64,000 nt of DNA from a virus (IMGVR_UViG_3300028886_003672:2549-66548); one strand, 5' to 3'. Shown: positions 35,548 to 45,908, counted from the stretch's first letter. The notes: a model not told the origin generated them from the letters alone. A program made the numbers and translations.

Positions 35548-36727
35548 GCCTTTACAGCCCGTTGTTTCAGTTCGGAAGAAGGTCGCCGCCTACGCTCGGG
35601 TTTCAGTTAGCACCGATCAGCTGATGCATTCGCTTTCGGCCCAAATCAGCTACTACAGTGAACTGATCCAGCGCAACCCGGGATGGGAGTACGCGGGCGT
35701 GTATGCCGATGCTGGAATCACCGGTACGGATGCCAAGGTCAGGCCCAAGTTCCAGCAGCTGATCGCTGACTGCGAAGCCGGGAAGATTGATATTATCCTG
35801 ACGAAGAGCATCAGCCGGTTTGCGCGGAACACGGTCGACCTGCTGTCAACAGTACGGCACCTGAAAGGGCTGGGTGTGGAGGTTCGTTTTGAAAAGGAGA
35901 ACGTTAGTACGGCATCAGCTGATGGCGAAGTGATGCTCTCCATCCTCGCCAGCTTTGCTGAACAAGAGAGCATCAGCCTTTCACAGAACTTGAAGTGGTC
36001 AGTACGCAAACGGTATGAACAGGGCAAAGTCCATGCCCACTTGAAGCTCTACGGGTATCGTTGGGAAGGTGACGAACGAGTCATTATCCCGGAAGAAGCT
36101 GAAGTTGTTAAATTCATCTTTGCGGAGTATCTGGCAGGGAGGTCTTTTCGGGAGATTGCCGCTGACCTTGATGCCAAAGGGGTGAAGGGTGTGTACAACA
36201 AAGAGCATTTCTCGGATCAGGCAGTTCGCCGGATGATCAGCAATGAAGAGTACACTGGTTGTCAAATCTTACAGCGAAGCTATGCCCACAAGCCCCGGAA
36301 GGTGAAGATGAACAAGGGTGAGCTCCCTATGTACAGGATTGAGGATCATCATGAGGCAATCATCGAAAAGGAAATCTTTGATGCTGCCCAGCATATGAGG
36401 GAGGAGCGCGGAAAATTAAACCTGCATGAGCGACGGAAATACAGCCCCTGGTCAGGAATGATTCGTTGCGGTGAATGCGGTGGCAGGGTTGATATGCACA
36501 GTACCGGGAAGCGTCCATGGCGCTACTGGATCTGCAGCAATCGAAATGATACTTGCTTTAACAAGAATACCAACGATGAATCGATGCAAGCGGCTGTCGA
36601 GAGTGTTTTCGGCAAGGAACCAACAGCAAAAGAACTGAAACGGGAGGTCAGGCAAATCCTGATGTTCCGTGACAGGATTGAGATCCAGATGCAGAACGGG
36701 AGGAAGATCACATGGCAAAAACAGTAA
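35528..36727 (+). CDS. serine recombinase (prophage integration module, copy A)
   Basis: VAAYARVSV, YADAGITGT, TKSISRFARN, C-terminal CGECG zinc ribbon. Confidence 0.9.
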   Translation: MKIKRIEPLQPVVSVRKKVAAYARVSVSTDQLMHSLSAQISYYSELIQRNPGWEYAGVYADAGITGTDAKVRPKFQQLIADCEAGKIDIILTKSISRFARNTVDLLSTVRHLKGLGVEVRFEKENVSTASADGEVMLSILASFAEQESISLSQNLKWSVRKRYEQGKVHAHLKLYGYRWEGDERVIIPEEAEVVKFIFAEYLAGRSFREIAADLDAKGVKGVYNKEHFSDQAVRRMISNEEYTGCQILQRSYAHKPRKVKMNKGELPMYRIEDHHEAIIEKEIFDAAQHMREERGKLNLHERRKYSPWSGMIRCGECGGRVDMHSTGKRPWRYWICSNRNDTCFNKNTNDESMQAAVESVFGKEPTAKELKREVRQILMFRDRIEIQMQNGRKITWQKQ

Positions 36728-38283
36728 GGGTTATTCCGGCAACCATCAACCGAGTTACTTTGGAGCCGATCAGTTCCACAGCAAAGCGGAAGGTCGCCGG
36801 GTATGCTCGGGTGTCGACAGACCTGGAAGAGCAGCAGTCCAGCTACGAAGCGCAGGTCAGCTACTACACCAACTACATCAAAAGCCGTGATGATTGGGAG
36901 TTCGTGGATGTGTATACCGACGAGGGTATCAGCGCCACCAGCACCAAGCATCGGGAGGGCTTTCAGCGGATGGTGGAGGATGCGCTGGATGGCAAGATCG
37001 ACCTGATCGTTACCAAGTCGGTTAGCCGTTTTGCCCGGAACACAGTCGATTCCCTGAGCACCATTCGGATGTTGAAGGAGCATGGCACCGAGGTTTACTT
37101 TGAGAAGGAGAACATCTGGACATTCGACTCGAAGGGCGAATTGCTGCTAACAATCATGTCCAGTCTGGCACAGGAGGAAAGCCGAAGCATCTCCGAGAAC
37201 GTCCGATGGGGACAACGGAAAAAAGCCGCTGATGGCAAGTATACGCTTCCATTCGAACGGTTCCTTGGCTATGACAAAGGCCCAGATGGCGCTCCGGTGA
37301 TCAATGAAGAACAAGCCGTTATTGTCCGGCGTATCTACGGGCTGTATTTGCAGGGATACTCGGTACTGAAGATTGCCAAGATCCTGACAGCGGAAAAGAT
37401 CCCAACGCCAGCGGGAAAAGCAAAATGGAGTGACCAGACAGTTCACAGCATCCTGACAAACGAAGTCTACATGGGAGATAAGATTCTCCAGAAGACCTAC
37501 TCCCTGGATTTCCTACACAAGGAACGCATCAAGAACAAGGGCGAAGTGCCTATGTATCATATCGAGCAGGATCATGACGCGATTATCCCGCCCGCGACAT
37601 TTCAGCGGGTTCAAGATGAAATGGAACGCCGCCGGAGCGGGCCGCATACGGGCGATACCATTTTTTCCGGGAAGATTTTCTGCGGCGATTGCGGGAAGTT
37701 TTACGGCCCCAAGGTCTGGCACAGCAACGACAAGTACCGGAAGGTTATCTGGCAGTGCGCTCACAAGTACCACGGGCAACGCACCTGCACAACGCCCCAC
37801 ATTTACGAGGACGGAATCAAGGAAGCGTTCATTCGGGTTTGCAACCAGCTAGGCGATGGCCGGGATGAAGTGGTTTCTAATCTCAGGGAGGTTCAGGCAA
37901 TAATCGGTGGCACGGAGACGCTTGGAAAGCAGAAGGTCATCCTTCTCCGAGAACGGGATCACTATGCGGAGCTGCTGCAAAACCTGATTGACCAGAATGC
38001 TAGGGTGGCTCAGGATCAGAAAGCCTACTCGGAACAGTACGATGAGCTATACAAGCGGTACGCTTCGGCAGAAGCAGAACTCCAAGATCTGGAGAAATCC
38101 ATCCAGAGCAAAGAGATGCGGCAGAGGCAGATCGCAGAGTTTATCGATGCGGTGGAGGCCCTGCCGGAGACAGTCAGTGAGTTTCAGAGCGACCTCTGGG
38201 CGACACTGGTGGATCATGTAACGGTGTACGGGAAAAAGGACGTCAGATTCACCATGACGAACGGAACGGAAATCCAAGCATAA
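36712..38283 (+). CDS. serine recombinase (prophage integration module, copy B)
   Basis: VAGYARVST, YTDEGISAT, TKSVSRFARN, CGDCG zinc ribbon, coiled coil. Confidence 0.92.
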   Translation: MAKTVRVIPATINRVTLEPISSTAKRKVAGYARVSTDLEEQQSSYEAQVSYYTNYIKSRDDWEFVDVYTDEGISATSTKHREGFQRMVEDALDGKIDLIVTKSVSRFARNTVDSLSTIRMLKEHGTEVYFEKENIWTFDSKGELLLTIMSSLAQEESRSISENVRWGQRKKAADGKYTLPFERFLGYDKGPDGAPVINEEQAVIVRRIYGLYLQGYSVLKIAKILTAEKIPTPAGKAKWSDQTVHSILTNEVYMGDKILQKTYSLDFLHKERIKNKGEVPMYHIEQDHDAIIPPATFQRVQDEMERRRSGPHTGDTIFSGKIFCGDCGKFYGPKVWHSNDKYRKVIWQCAHKYHGQRTCTTPHIYEDGIKEAFIRVCNQLGDGRDEVVSNLREVQAIIGGTETLGKQKVILLRERDHYAELLQNLIDQNARVAQDQKAYSEQYDELYKRYASAEAELQDLEKSIQSKEMRQRQIAEFIDAVEALPETVSEFQSDLWATLVDHVTVYGKKDVRFTMTNGTEIQA

Positions 38284-38398
38284 AACGGCTGGAATCCTTG
38301 TGTCCTGCGGGTTTGCAGGACTTTATTGCTTTTAAGACGAATTGTATAAAGATAAGAGTTAGCTAACGCCTATTTCCAGATAACGGGAGGAAGGGTCA

Positions 38399-39019
38399 AT
38401 GGGACTGTTTCAGAAGAAACAAGTTGTGCAGGTGAAGGTCGATCCTGCCATGATCGAAGCCCTAAAGGCATTCGTTGAACAGCAGAAGGCTCTTGATAAA
38501 GAAAAAAAAGAGAGTAGGCCACAAGGGAGTGGAATTCGTTACTCCCTTGCAGAACCTTCCTACTTCGGCGATACGATCCTTGACATGAAAAGGTTTATGA
38601 GCGATGCCCGTCAGGATACCGCCATGTTTGATTCGCCCGCTTTACAGAAGTCCTATCATGAATGGGAAAGAAAAGCTGCCACAAAAAAGACTTTCAGTTC
38701 GGAAGTCTTAAAAAAGCTGAATGAACTGCACATGAAGCCTGCGGAGTTTTACAAGGCTGTAGGTTTGGACAAACGAGTCTTTCATGCTTTGAAAAGCGAT
38801 TATCTTTATACGCCGTCGAAGGCAACAGCAATTCGTTGTTGCCTGGGGCTGCGACTTAAATATGAGGAGGCAATCGAACTTCTTAAATTGGCGGGATACA
38901 GCTTCTCTCCAAGTAATTCGAAGGAGCTTGTGATTCGTTTCTGCATGGAAAACGAAGTGTACGATCTTCCGAGCATCAATTATATGCTTTTGGCCATGGG
39001 CGAAGAACCGATGGCATAA
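38399..39019 (+). CDS. hypothetical protein with C-terminal HTH-like domain
   Basis: AEFYKAVGLDKRVF...LGLRL..EEAIELLKLAGYSFS. Confidence 0.6.
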   Translation: MGLFQKKQVVQVKVDPAMIEALKAFVEQQKALDKEKKESRPQGSGIRYSLAEPSYFGDTILDMKRFMSDARQDTAMFDSPALQKSYHEWERKAATKKTFSSEVLKKLNELHMKPAEFYKAVGLDKRVFHALKSDYLYTPSKATAIRCCLGLRLKYEEAIELLKLAGYSFSPSNSKELVIRFCMENEVYDLPSINYMLLAMGEEPMA

Positions 39020-39099
39020 AGTCGTTTCAGAATAGACCTTTTTTTCTTCGCAAAAGGTAAACTTCCTAACGATAAATCTTGTTTCGGGAGGGAGAGCAG

Positions 39100-41079
39100 A
39101 TGCCGAACTTTCTGGATAACTTTGGACTCGAGAGCTTCAACGAGGACGAAGATTCCTTGATGGGCTTGCTAGGACATGTGGTGAAGGAAGGTAAAGGAAT
39201 CAACGGATATTACGGGATTCCATATCTAAACACGCACCTGGGCGATGTTCAGGTGATTGCGCGGATAAAGCGCAACGATGAAGGCAATTATGAATGCTGC
39301 GGTTTTGATACGCACTGTAAGGGCAGGAGTGTTTGGGATGTTCGGATTGTAGACGAGCTGAATCCACTCGACGATGATCCCCTTTGCAAGCGGCTGTTCT
39401 TGAAATCTGTGGACGGAGATTGTCCTTTCATTGCCAATATCGTGAACGCCGATGTTCTTCCGAGCTTTTCCAAAAATGAAATCATCAAGCTTCAGATGAT
39501 TGCGTTCAGCGACAAAATCAATTTCTTTGAAAACGATGATGATTACAGAGCTACTGTCGATCCCGGACTTAACGGTGCGAAAATCACAATCGGTGATGAT
39601 ACCATTTTCCCTGCTGGTTTGTTTTCCAAAGATGAAAACCCCGCCGCCAAAGATATAGTACATATACATGGGACTGTTGATCAAGCGTTCTGGGGAAGGC
39701 TTGATCTGGGCCAGCCAGAAAATGAAGATTTACAGACTTTCATTATCTGCCGAGTAAAAACACACCAGTATGGGGACATTGAAATCGTTGAAAGCGCGGA
39801 TGCTATTGATCCGGACAACTCCAAGCATATTCACCCTGGCGCTATAGCGGATTGCCTAGCGTATCTCAGTGGCGATCCTGCCATTTTTGAGCTGGATGAG
39901 GGAATTGTTAAGAATGCAGAAAACAATCTGAAGCTGGTGGCATATACTCTGGAAAAAGGTGATCCAGAACGCCTTCGTTCGGTTTTGGCGGATGGCTTCG
40001 TGTATCATTCCGAGAATGCCAATAAGCATATCGAAAGCATCGATGAATATATCGAACTGGTGAAGTATATTCACAAGGAAGGCACCCCTTGCCAGGCTTA
40101 CCATGCGACTATTACAGAATATCAGGAAGGGAACCCAGAATATCCCGTTGGAACCAAATGTCTGGTTTTGAAGTACGAGGATGAAGAAGGCTACAACTCC
40201 ATCGTATTCATAGATCAGGACGAATCCGGGAACATTATACGCATTCTAATCAGCAAGGACGCTCGTTATCGCTTCAAGGTCGATCTTCCACCATCTGATT
40301 CAGAAGAAGTCAGGGATGTGTTCTCTGGCGATCAGCCGTCAACAGAAGAAGCTATTTTTGCGAGAGCCGATATCTTCAGAGTATTTTCCCGGAATACCAG
40401 CCTTGATTTTGTGCAAAAGACTCTGGCAAAAAATAAGGATCGATTCATCGAGGAACTTTCTCCCATACTGAATAAAGCAGAGATTGAAAAAAGCGATTTC
40501 GGTACTGCTTTCTTCAAAGGAGTTGAACTCTCTAAAGTCACAGAATATGACGATGCGGAAGTTCATGAAATCGGAGAACTGTTCTACACAGACGCGCTTC
40601 ACCATGTGAAAGGTGATAATCAGAAGGAAGTGTTCTCTGAAGCATTGCCATTCGTTATGACGCTTGGTTATCTGTATGAAGGCCGCGCAGATGATCACAG
40701 TCAGGAAGAACACGCAAAGTATCTCCGGATTGAAGAAATTAAGCATGCTTTTGCTGAACACATGATGAAGCATCGCGGTTACAGCGAGGAAGAAGCTGAA
40801 GTCGCTGTGCATGATTTCCCAGATCCGTACAGCAATCCATATCTCCGTGAGGAATTCATTGATACTGTCGAGGTTGATGGAATCGAGTATGAAAGAAACG
40901 CCGATTGTGTAGACCTTACAGTCTGTGGGATTGACAATGTCCCGAGGTTCTGCTTCTACACTCTTTACCGGGTTGATGATATTCCAAATCATAAAGTCGG
41001 TGAATACCGTGATGCCAGAAAACTATTCCAGACAGAAGATCTTGATCCGAACGACTTTCCATCTGAGGTTGAAGAGTAA
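39100..41079 (+). CDS. multidomain hypothetical protein (acidic; beta-rich N-domain, SnoaL-like middle region)
   Basis: Long ORF with RBS; N-domain resembles 43097..43906. Confidence 0.7.
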   Translation: MPNFLDNFGLESFNEDEDSLMGLLGHVVKEGKGINGYYGIPYLNTHLGDVQVIARIKRNDEGNYECCGFDTHCKGRSVWDVRIVDELNPLDDDPLCKRLFLKSVDGDCPFIANIVNADVLPSFSKNEIIKLQMIAFSDKINFFENDDDYRATVDPGLNGAKITIGDDTIFPAGLFSKDENPAAKDIVHIHGTVDQAFWGRLDLGQPENEDLQTFIICRVKTHQYGDIEIVESADAIDPDNSKHIHPGAIADCLAYLSGDPAIFELDEGIVKNAENNLKLVAYTLEKGDPERLRSVLADGFVYHSENANKHIESIDEYIELVKYIHKEGTPCQAYHATITEYQEGNPEYPVGTKCLVLKYEDEEGYNSIVFIDQDESGNIIRILISKDARYRFKVDLPPSDSEEVRDVFSGDQPSTEEAIFARADIFRVFSRNTSLDFVQKTLAKNKDRFIEELSPILNKAEIEKSDFGTAFFKGVELSKVTEYDDAEVHEIGELFYTDALHHVKGDNQKEVFSEALPFVMTLGYLYEGRADDHSQEEHAKYLRIEEIKHAFAEHMMKHRGYSEEEAEVAVHDFPDPYSNPYLREEFIDTVEVDGIEYERNADCVDLTVCGIDNVPRFCFYTLYRVDDIPNHKVGEYRDARKLFQTEDLDPNDFPSEVEE

Positions 41080-41381
41080 TGGATGCAAAGCACTACAATG
41101 AACTGATCGAGCTTTCTCAAGAGATCTATGATCAGGCGACGGATAAACTAACTAATTATTGCGCTGCAAAATACTGCGCTGTTGGCAACGACACGACTGA
41201 GCAACAGCTCGAAGATTACCTGTTTGTAGCGGAAGAGACCAGCGCATATCTTCTGGGCAATGCACTGGCGTTGTTGGCACCGGACTCGCAGGAGGCGGAG
41301 ATAAAATCGTTCGTGGATGATTTGCGTCGGGTAATAGTGTGTGCCGCAAAGAAACTGGGCAGCGACCAGAAGCCCAACTGA
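41079..41381 (+). CDS. hypothetical protein
   Basis: TAATG coupling to the upstream gene. Confidence 0.65.
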   Translation: MDAKHYNELIELSQEIYDQATDKLTNYCAAKYCAVGNDTTEQQLEDYLFVAEETSAYLLGNALALLAPDSQEAEIKSFVDDLRRVIVCAAKKLGSDQKPN

Positions 41382-41393
41382 ACGGAGCTTAAT

Positions 41394-41525
41394 ATGTGCG
41401 ATGAAAATGAAAGCATTCTGATAATAGTTGCTGAGGAAGCAGAAGAGTCCGGTGTGGATTATGCCGCAGAGTACTTGAAACAGACGGGCAAGGACTTTGA
41501 AACCGGCGAATATGTCACACAGTAA
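41394..41525 (+). CDS. small acidic ORF (43 aa) missing from the ORF track
   Basis: GGAG RBS; MCDENESILIIVAEEAEESGVDYAAEYLKQTGKDFETGEYVTQ*; fills the gap between its neighbours. Confidence 0.5.
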   Translation: MCDENESILIIVAEEAEESGVDYAAEYLKQTGKDFETGEYVTQ

Positions 41526-41536
41526 TGGAGGCTACC

Positions 41537-42046
41537 ATGGCTGCAGAAGAGGAAAAACGGAAGCATCGTTGCTGCTTTACCGGTCATCGTCCAGAGAAAT
41601 TGAATGCCTCCGAGTGTGATGTGAAACACTGGTTGGAGGAACAAATCGATCAGGCGATTGCGGACGGGTTTGTTACATTTATCAGCGGATGCGCCATGGG
41701 CGTTGATATCTGGGCAGGTCAGATTGTGCTGGAAAAGAGAAAACAGAATCCGGAGCTTCATCTTATTGCAGCAACACCATGGCCCGGATTTTCTCGGCGC
41801 TGGGGTGTCGATTGGCAACAGCAGTACAGTGATCTTTTGCAAGGCGCGGACTTAGTAGTACCGGTCTGTAATCATTATCACAGAGGTGTGTTTCAGCAAC
41901 GGAATGAGTGGATGGTTGATCGATCCAATCGGGTAATCGCTTACTACAATGGTTCCCCGGGAGGAACGCGAAACACGATAGAATATGCTGAAAGGAAAGG
42001 CGTAGAGTGTCGTGTCTTTAAAAATGAAATGGGAGAATTGACATGA
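41537..42046 (+). CDS. SLOG-family protein (YspA/DUF1273-like)
   Basis: CCFTGHRP, FISGCAMGVDIWA, FQQRNEWMVDRS, GGTRNTIEYA. Confidence 0.85.
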   Translation: MAAEEEKRKHRCCFTGHRPEKLNASECDVKHWLEEQIDQAIADGFVTFISGCAMGVDIWAGQIVLEKRKQNPELHLIAATPWPGFSRRWGVDWQQQYSDLLQGADLVVPVCNHYHRGVFQQRNEWMVDRSNRVIAYYNGSPGGTRNTIEYAERKGVECRVFKNEMGELT

Positions 42047-42456
42047 GCGAAAAGAAACCCTGGAAGTATTGCGTAGTCGGGAATATTGTTCGAGAACGCA
42101 TTGATGAGAACGGCATCTTCCGTCGTGGAACCGTTGCATTCAAGGGTGGAGCCAGAGTCTATATCGAGGGCAAAAACTATGATTATGATTACGTGAGAGA
42201 CGGAATCACGGTTCTTGGCTTGAATCGCTACAGACGCTATGTATATGAATTTATCCCCAAGGATCTAATTGAGAACGTTCGTTTCGCACGGACATACAAA
42301 CCGATAATTATGGATATGATGTATGAATATGAAGGTCATGACGGTTGGTGGGGAGATTCTGATGAGGACGGCTTGGATGCTAAACAGTTCGCTATCAACT
42401 GGCCAGAATTCCAGAAAATGAAAAGGCAACCTCATGCCGAGTCTGACCACAATTAA
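42043..42456 (+). CDS. hypothetical protein
   Basis: ATGA overlap with the SLOG gene. Confidence 0.65.
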   Translation: MSEKKPWKYCVVGNIVRERIDENGIFRRGTVAFKGGARVYIEGKNYDYDYVRDGITVLGLNRYRRYVYEFIPKDLIENVRFARTYKPIIMDMMYEYEGHDGWWGDSDEDGLDAKQFAINWPEFQKMKRQPHAESDHN

Positions 42457-42462
42457 GGGGAG

Positions 42463-43080
42463 ATGAAATACATGGGCTTATTCAGTAGATTCAAAAATAA
42501 AAGTTCGCAACAAAGCGAGGACATGATAATCACAAAGGCTTGTGGCATTGATCCTAAGAGGATAACCGTAGCAGATCACATTGTGTTCGGAATTGTCCAT
42601 TTCCCGATTGGAATTAAGAAACACAATGAGTATTTATCGACGAATAAGTATCTCATGATTGATGAATCGCTAATTACTTTCAAGTTGGCGAAATATCGAT
42701 TTGAACGGTATCTGTTTCTCCATCAATATTCCGATCATACGACCATGGAAACCGTTAAATCCCGTGTTCAGAAAGCATTGTCTGAACTGAATGGCGTTTC
42801 AATCGAAGCAGTCGTTGATCAATGGAGAAATCGTTCGAAACTGCTGAGTTTGGTTTATATCCGGGATGAGGAAAGACAGTACCCAGAATTCATAGAGAAC
42901 GCTGTCAGGATATTAAAGCGGGATTATGGGTGCGATGCTTATAAGGAAATAAGTGCTGACGATCCTGAAGAAATATGGGATTTCATGAAGGATTCAATGC
43001 TCCGGATAGAAGTGCAATCCTTTATATCAAACTACGACTCGACCATAAAGAATGCAGTTGAAAGCATCGATCTTTCATAG
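42463..43080 (+). CDS. hypothetical protein
   Basis: AT-rich ORF in an operon-like run. Confidence 0.6.
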   Translation: MKYMGLFSRFKNKSSQQSEDMIITKACGIDPKRITVADHIVFGIVHFPIGIKKHNEYLSTNKYLMIDESLITFKLAKYRFERYLFLHQYSDHTTMETVKSRVQKALSELNGVSIEAVVDQWRNRSKLLSLVYIRDEERQYPEFIENAVRILKRDYGCDAYKEISADDPEEIWDFMKDSMLRIEVQSFISNYDSTIKNAVESIDLS

Positions 43081-43096
43081 AGAGGGGGCTGAAGCC

Positions 43097-43906
43097 ATGC
43101 CATTACGTTTAGACAGTATTACCAATGACAGTCAGGATTCATCCTTGATTGCATGGATCCTGCAAAGCGGAACACAAGAGTGTGATTCAGCTTTCGCCAC
43201 ACCGGATAAAAAGTACATTCATATGAAAAGAAAGATTGTCGATCGTTCATCTGGCGATAAGATTGGAGAGTTAATCTTTACCTTGCAGAACACGGAAAAG
43301 CAGTTGGAAGTTCTGGACATTGATATTATTCTGGCAAACGAAACTGCTTCAAGAATCCGCTTTGAGACCTTAAAGGAACAGTCAGATTCCAATGAATACT
43401 ATGAAGTTTCTACCACTGATCAGGACGCTCATCTTATCATTGAAACGGTGAACAGATTCACAGAACCTAAAAAACTGATTGACACTGAGCGGGATGTTCA
43501 CATTTCAATGTTTCCCTTTCAGGTGAATCTATTTCAGGACATAGATGGATTCAACCAGTGGGCAGGGTTTTCTGCGCCGATTGAGGCCGGAGAAGGAACT
43601 GGATTATTTGTTCACGGCTTTTCAGAGCGTTTCTGTATGCCGGGCGGGCTGATGAGTGACAAAGAAAATGATAACGACTATTCGTTTGTAATTGGTAAGG
43701 TGGAATCATTCCGGGATGTTTCCCCAAACTTTGGAGATCACAAGATTCCCTTCGTATTAGCAATGGTGGACACCGCCCTCGGAGTGGTTCCTGTTGCAAT
43801 GGGGCGAGACGTGTTCGATTTGAAGGAGCTCAAAGTCGGATGTGTTATTGCCATGAATGCGGTCGTTAAGGCAGATGTAGCAGCTCCGGGAGTTTATAGC
43901 AGATAA
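43097..43906 (+). CDS. hypothetical protein, distant paralogue of the N-domain of 39100..41079
   Basis: Shared motif spacing (see findings). Confidence 0.65.
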   Translation: MPLRLDSITNDSQDSSLIAWILQSGTQECDSAFATPDKKYIHMKRKIVDRSSGDKIGELIFTLQNTEKQLEVLDIDIILANETASRIRFETLKEQSDSNEYYEVSTTDQDAHLIIETVNRFTEPKKLIDTERDVHISMFPFQVNLFQDIDGFNQWAGFSAPIEAGEGTGLFVHGFSERFCMPGGLMSDKENDNDYSFVIGKVESFRDVSPNFGDHKIPFVLAMVDTALGVVPVAMGRDVFDLKELKVGCVIAMNAVVKADVAAPGVYSR

Positions 43907-44036
43907 AAAGCATAGAGTTGTGCACAACAGTGCTAAGTACAAGCTAGCCATCATTCCTATAAGAATTAAACATACAAGTCCGTTGGTTCCTTTAGTAGAC
44001 TATATTAAATTTGCTTGAAAAAGCAGGTGATGTAAA

Positions 44037-45152
44037 ATGAAAGCAATTCAAACAGGCAGCAAATTCAAAATCTATGACGACAGCATCCGAAGCTATGATC
44101 AACTTCCAATTGCTACTTACGATATTGGTTATAACCAGCAGGAAGGCTGTTTCCTGATTTGCCGGAGCAATATTCGTGTAACTGAAAAGGCATATGGAGT
44201 ACATACGGAGAAGCTTGAAAAGGTGCTCTCTTCGTTCAAACGCTTTTCCAGAAGCCTGGGAGTTATCCTCAGTGGCGATAAAGGTATCGGGAAATCCCTT
44301 TTTGCCAAGATGATCTGCGAAGCTGCGGTTCATGAGGATTATCCCGTTATTCTGGTTGATGCGAACTATCCTGGACTCGCAAGATTTCTTGAGTCAATTA
44401 CCCAAGAATGTGTTGTGTTGTTTGATGAATTCGATAAGATATTTCGATCCAACGATGATAATGATGATCAGGCAGCGCTACTCAGTTTGTTTGACGGCAC
44501 GACTGGCGGCAAGAAATTATTCATCGTGACCTGCAACGAACTGTACAGTCTGAACAGCTATATTGTTAACAGGCCGGGCCGTTTTCACTATCATTTCCGC
44601 TTTGATTACCCGACACCGGAAGATATCCGGGAGTACCTTCACGACAAGCTTCCGGAAGAGCAACACGGAGAGATCGAGAAGGTCGTGGATTTTTCTAGGA
44701 AAACAAGCCTCAACTACGACTGTCTGAGGGCTATCGCTTTTGAATTGAATAGTGGTGCTGACTTTGCCGCTGCCGTCATTGATCTGAATATCATGACAAC
44801 GGAAGATGAGGAGTATGACGTATATCTTTATCTTGAAAACGGTGCCGTTCTGCAGCATCTGAGATTCAAAACAAATCTTTACGATGACGATGGCCTGATG
44901 GAGCGGATCTACTTCTACGATGAGGATGGGCATTATCAATTGACCGCCTACTGCAATAAGCGGTTAGCCAAGTATGACATGGTTAAGAACGCGATCTTGA
45001 TTTCCGCGAAGGGCATCAAGATCCAGACGAACTCCGATGACGACGATGATGATGACGACAATGAGAACAGCAGTAACAAATACAGTAAGAGCAAACCTTT
45101 GTACATGACGTTCAAAAAGCGTGCAATGAAGAACCTGCATTATTTGATTTGA
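44037..45152 (+). CDS. AAA+ ATPase
   Basis: Walker A GDKGIGKS, Walker [16 protein letters not shown] arginine finger. Confidence 0.9.
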   Translation: MKAIQTGSKFKIYDDSIRSYDQLPIATYDIGYNQQEGCFLICRSNIRVTEKAYGVHTEKLEKVLSSFKRFSRSLGVILSGDKGIGKSLFAKMICEAAVHEDYPVILVDANYPGLARFLESITQECVVLFDEFDKIFRSNDDNDDQAALLSLFDGTTGGKKLFIVTCNELYSLNSYIVNRPGRFHYHFRFDYPTPEDIREYLHDKLPEEQHGEIEKVVDFSRKTSLNYDCLRAIAFELNSGADFAAAVIDLNIMTTEDEEYDVYLYLENGAVLQHLRFKTNLYDDDGLMERIYFYDEDGHYQLTAYCNKRLAKYDMVKNAILISAKGIKIQTNSDDDDDDDDNENSSNKYSKSKPLYMTFKKRAMKNLHYLI

Positions 45153-45177
45153 GACGAAACAGCCAATGCACCCCCTC

Positions 45178-45212
45178 TGCACCCCCTTGCACCCTCAAGG
45201 GGGTGCATTTTT
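45178..45212 (+). terminator. strong intrinsic terminator
   Basis: Perfect 12-bp stem TGCACCCCCTTG / CAAGGGGGTGCA followed by T5; an extra TGCACCCCCT copy at 45167. Confidence 0.85.
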
Positions 45213-45250
45213 GTCGTTGTATCGGATCCTCGAATTAAGGATTCAACGTC

Positions 45251-45895
45251 ATGGAAAAGGAGAAGATGCTGTCCGTCGGCCGGGATCCGGAGACCTTCCT
45301 GAACAAGGGGATCCGGCTGCACTGCGACAAGGTGATCGACCGGAACGCCTATGTGGGCTTCCGGAAGGTCGGCTCCAGCGGCCTGTGCAACAATCCCAAC
45401 GTCACCCGCTCCTCGGCGGGGACCGGCGTCGGCGGGCAGACGACCTGGCGCAGCAAGACCCCGGACGAAATCCTGGACGACATCAACACCGCGATCTCCG
45501 CGGTATGGGCCGCGAACGACTGCTCCTCCGACGCGCTGCCGAACCATATCCTGATTCCTGTGGAACAGTTCGGCATGCTGGTGACGAGGAAGGTATCGGA
45601 CGACTCCGAACGGTCCATCCTGACGTATGTGCTGGAGAACAACATCGCGACCCGCCAGGGACGCGAGCTGATCATCTCCCCGTGCAAATGGTGCGGCGGC
45701 ATCGGGACGGATTCCTCCGACCGGATGGTCGTCTACCAGAACCAGGTGGACCGGGTCTGCTTCAACCTGACCCAACCCCTGCGCCGGATGGAGACGGAAT
45801 ACGCGGAGATGCGCATCAAGATCCCGTACATCGCGCAGTTCTCCGAAGTGCGGTTTCTGTATCCTTCGACTATAAGATACATGGACGGAATCTGA
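45251..45895 (+). pseudogene. DUF2184-family major capsid protein, N-terminally truncated
   Basis: GLCNNPNV, WRSKTPDEILDDIN, PNHILIP, SILTYVLENN, YMDGI* match the C-terminal two-thirds of the family; in-frame stop 15 nt upstream of the ATG. Confidence 0.75.
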
Positions 45896-45908
45896 GGAGG
45901 GAGAAAAC

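Larger units (their letters stand above)
1..38283 (+). mobile_element. temperate siphophage prophage (right part) with morons and cargo
   Basis: Canonical head-tail-lysis-integration order; left end is outside the window and att sites were not identified. Confidence 0.85.

Noticed and set aside
27998-38283. Tail-fibre shufflon driven by the recombinases
   Set aside because: They are large integrase-type serine recombinases; no inverted fibre cassettes or repeated crossover sites were found.
38284-38398. attR of the siphophage
   Set aside because: The position is plausible, but the matching left end is outside the window, so no core sequence can be supported.
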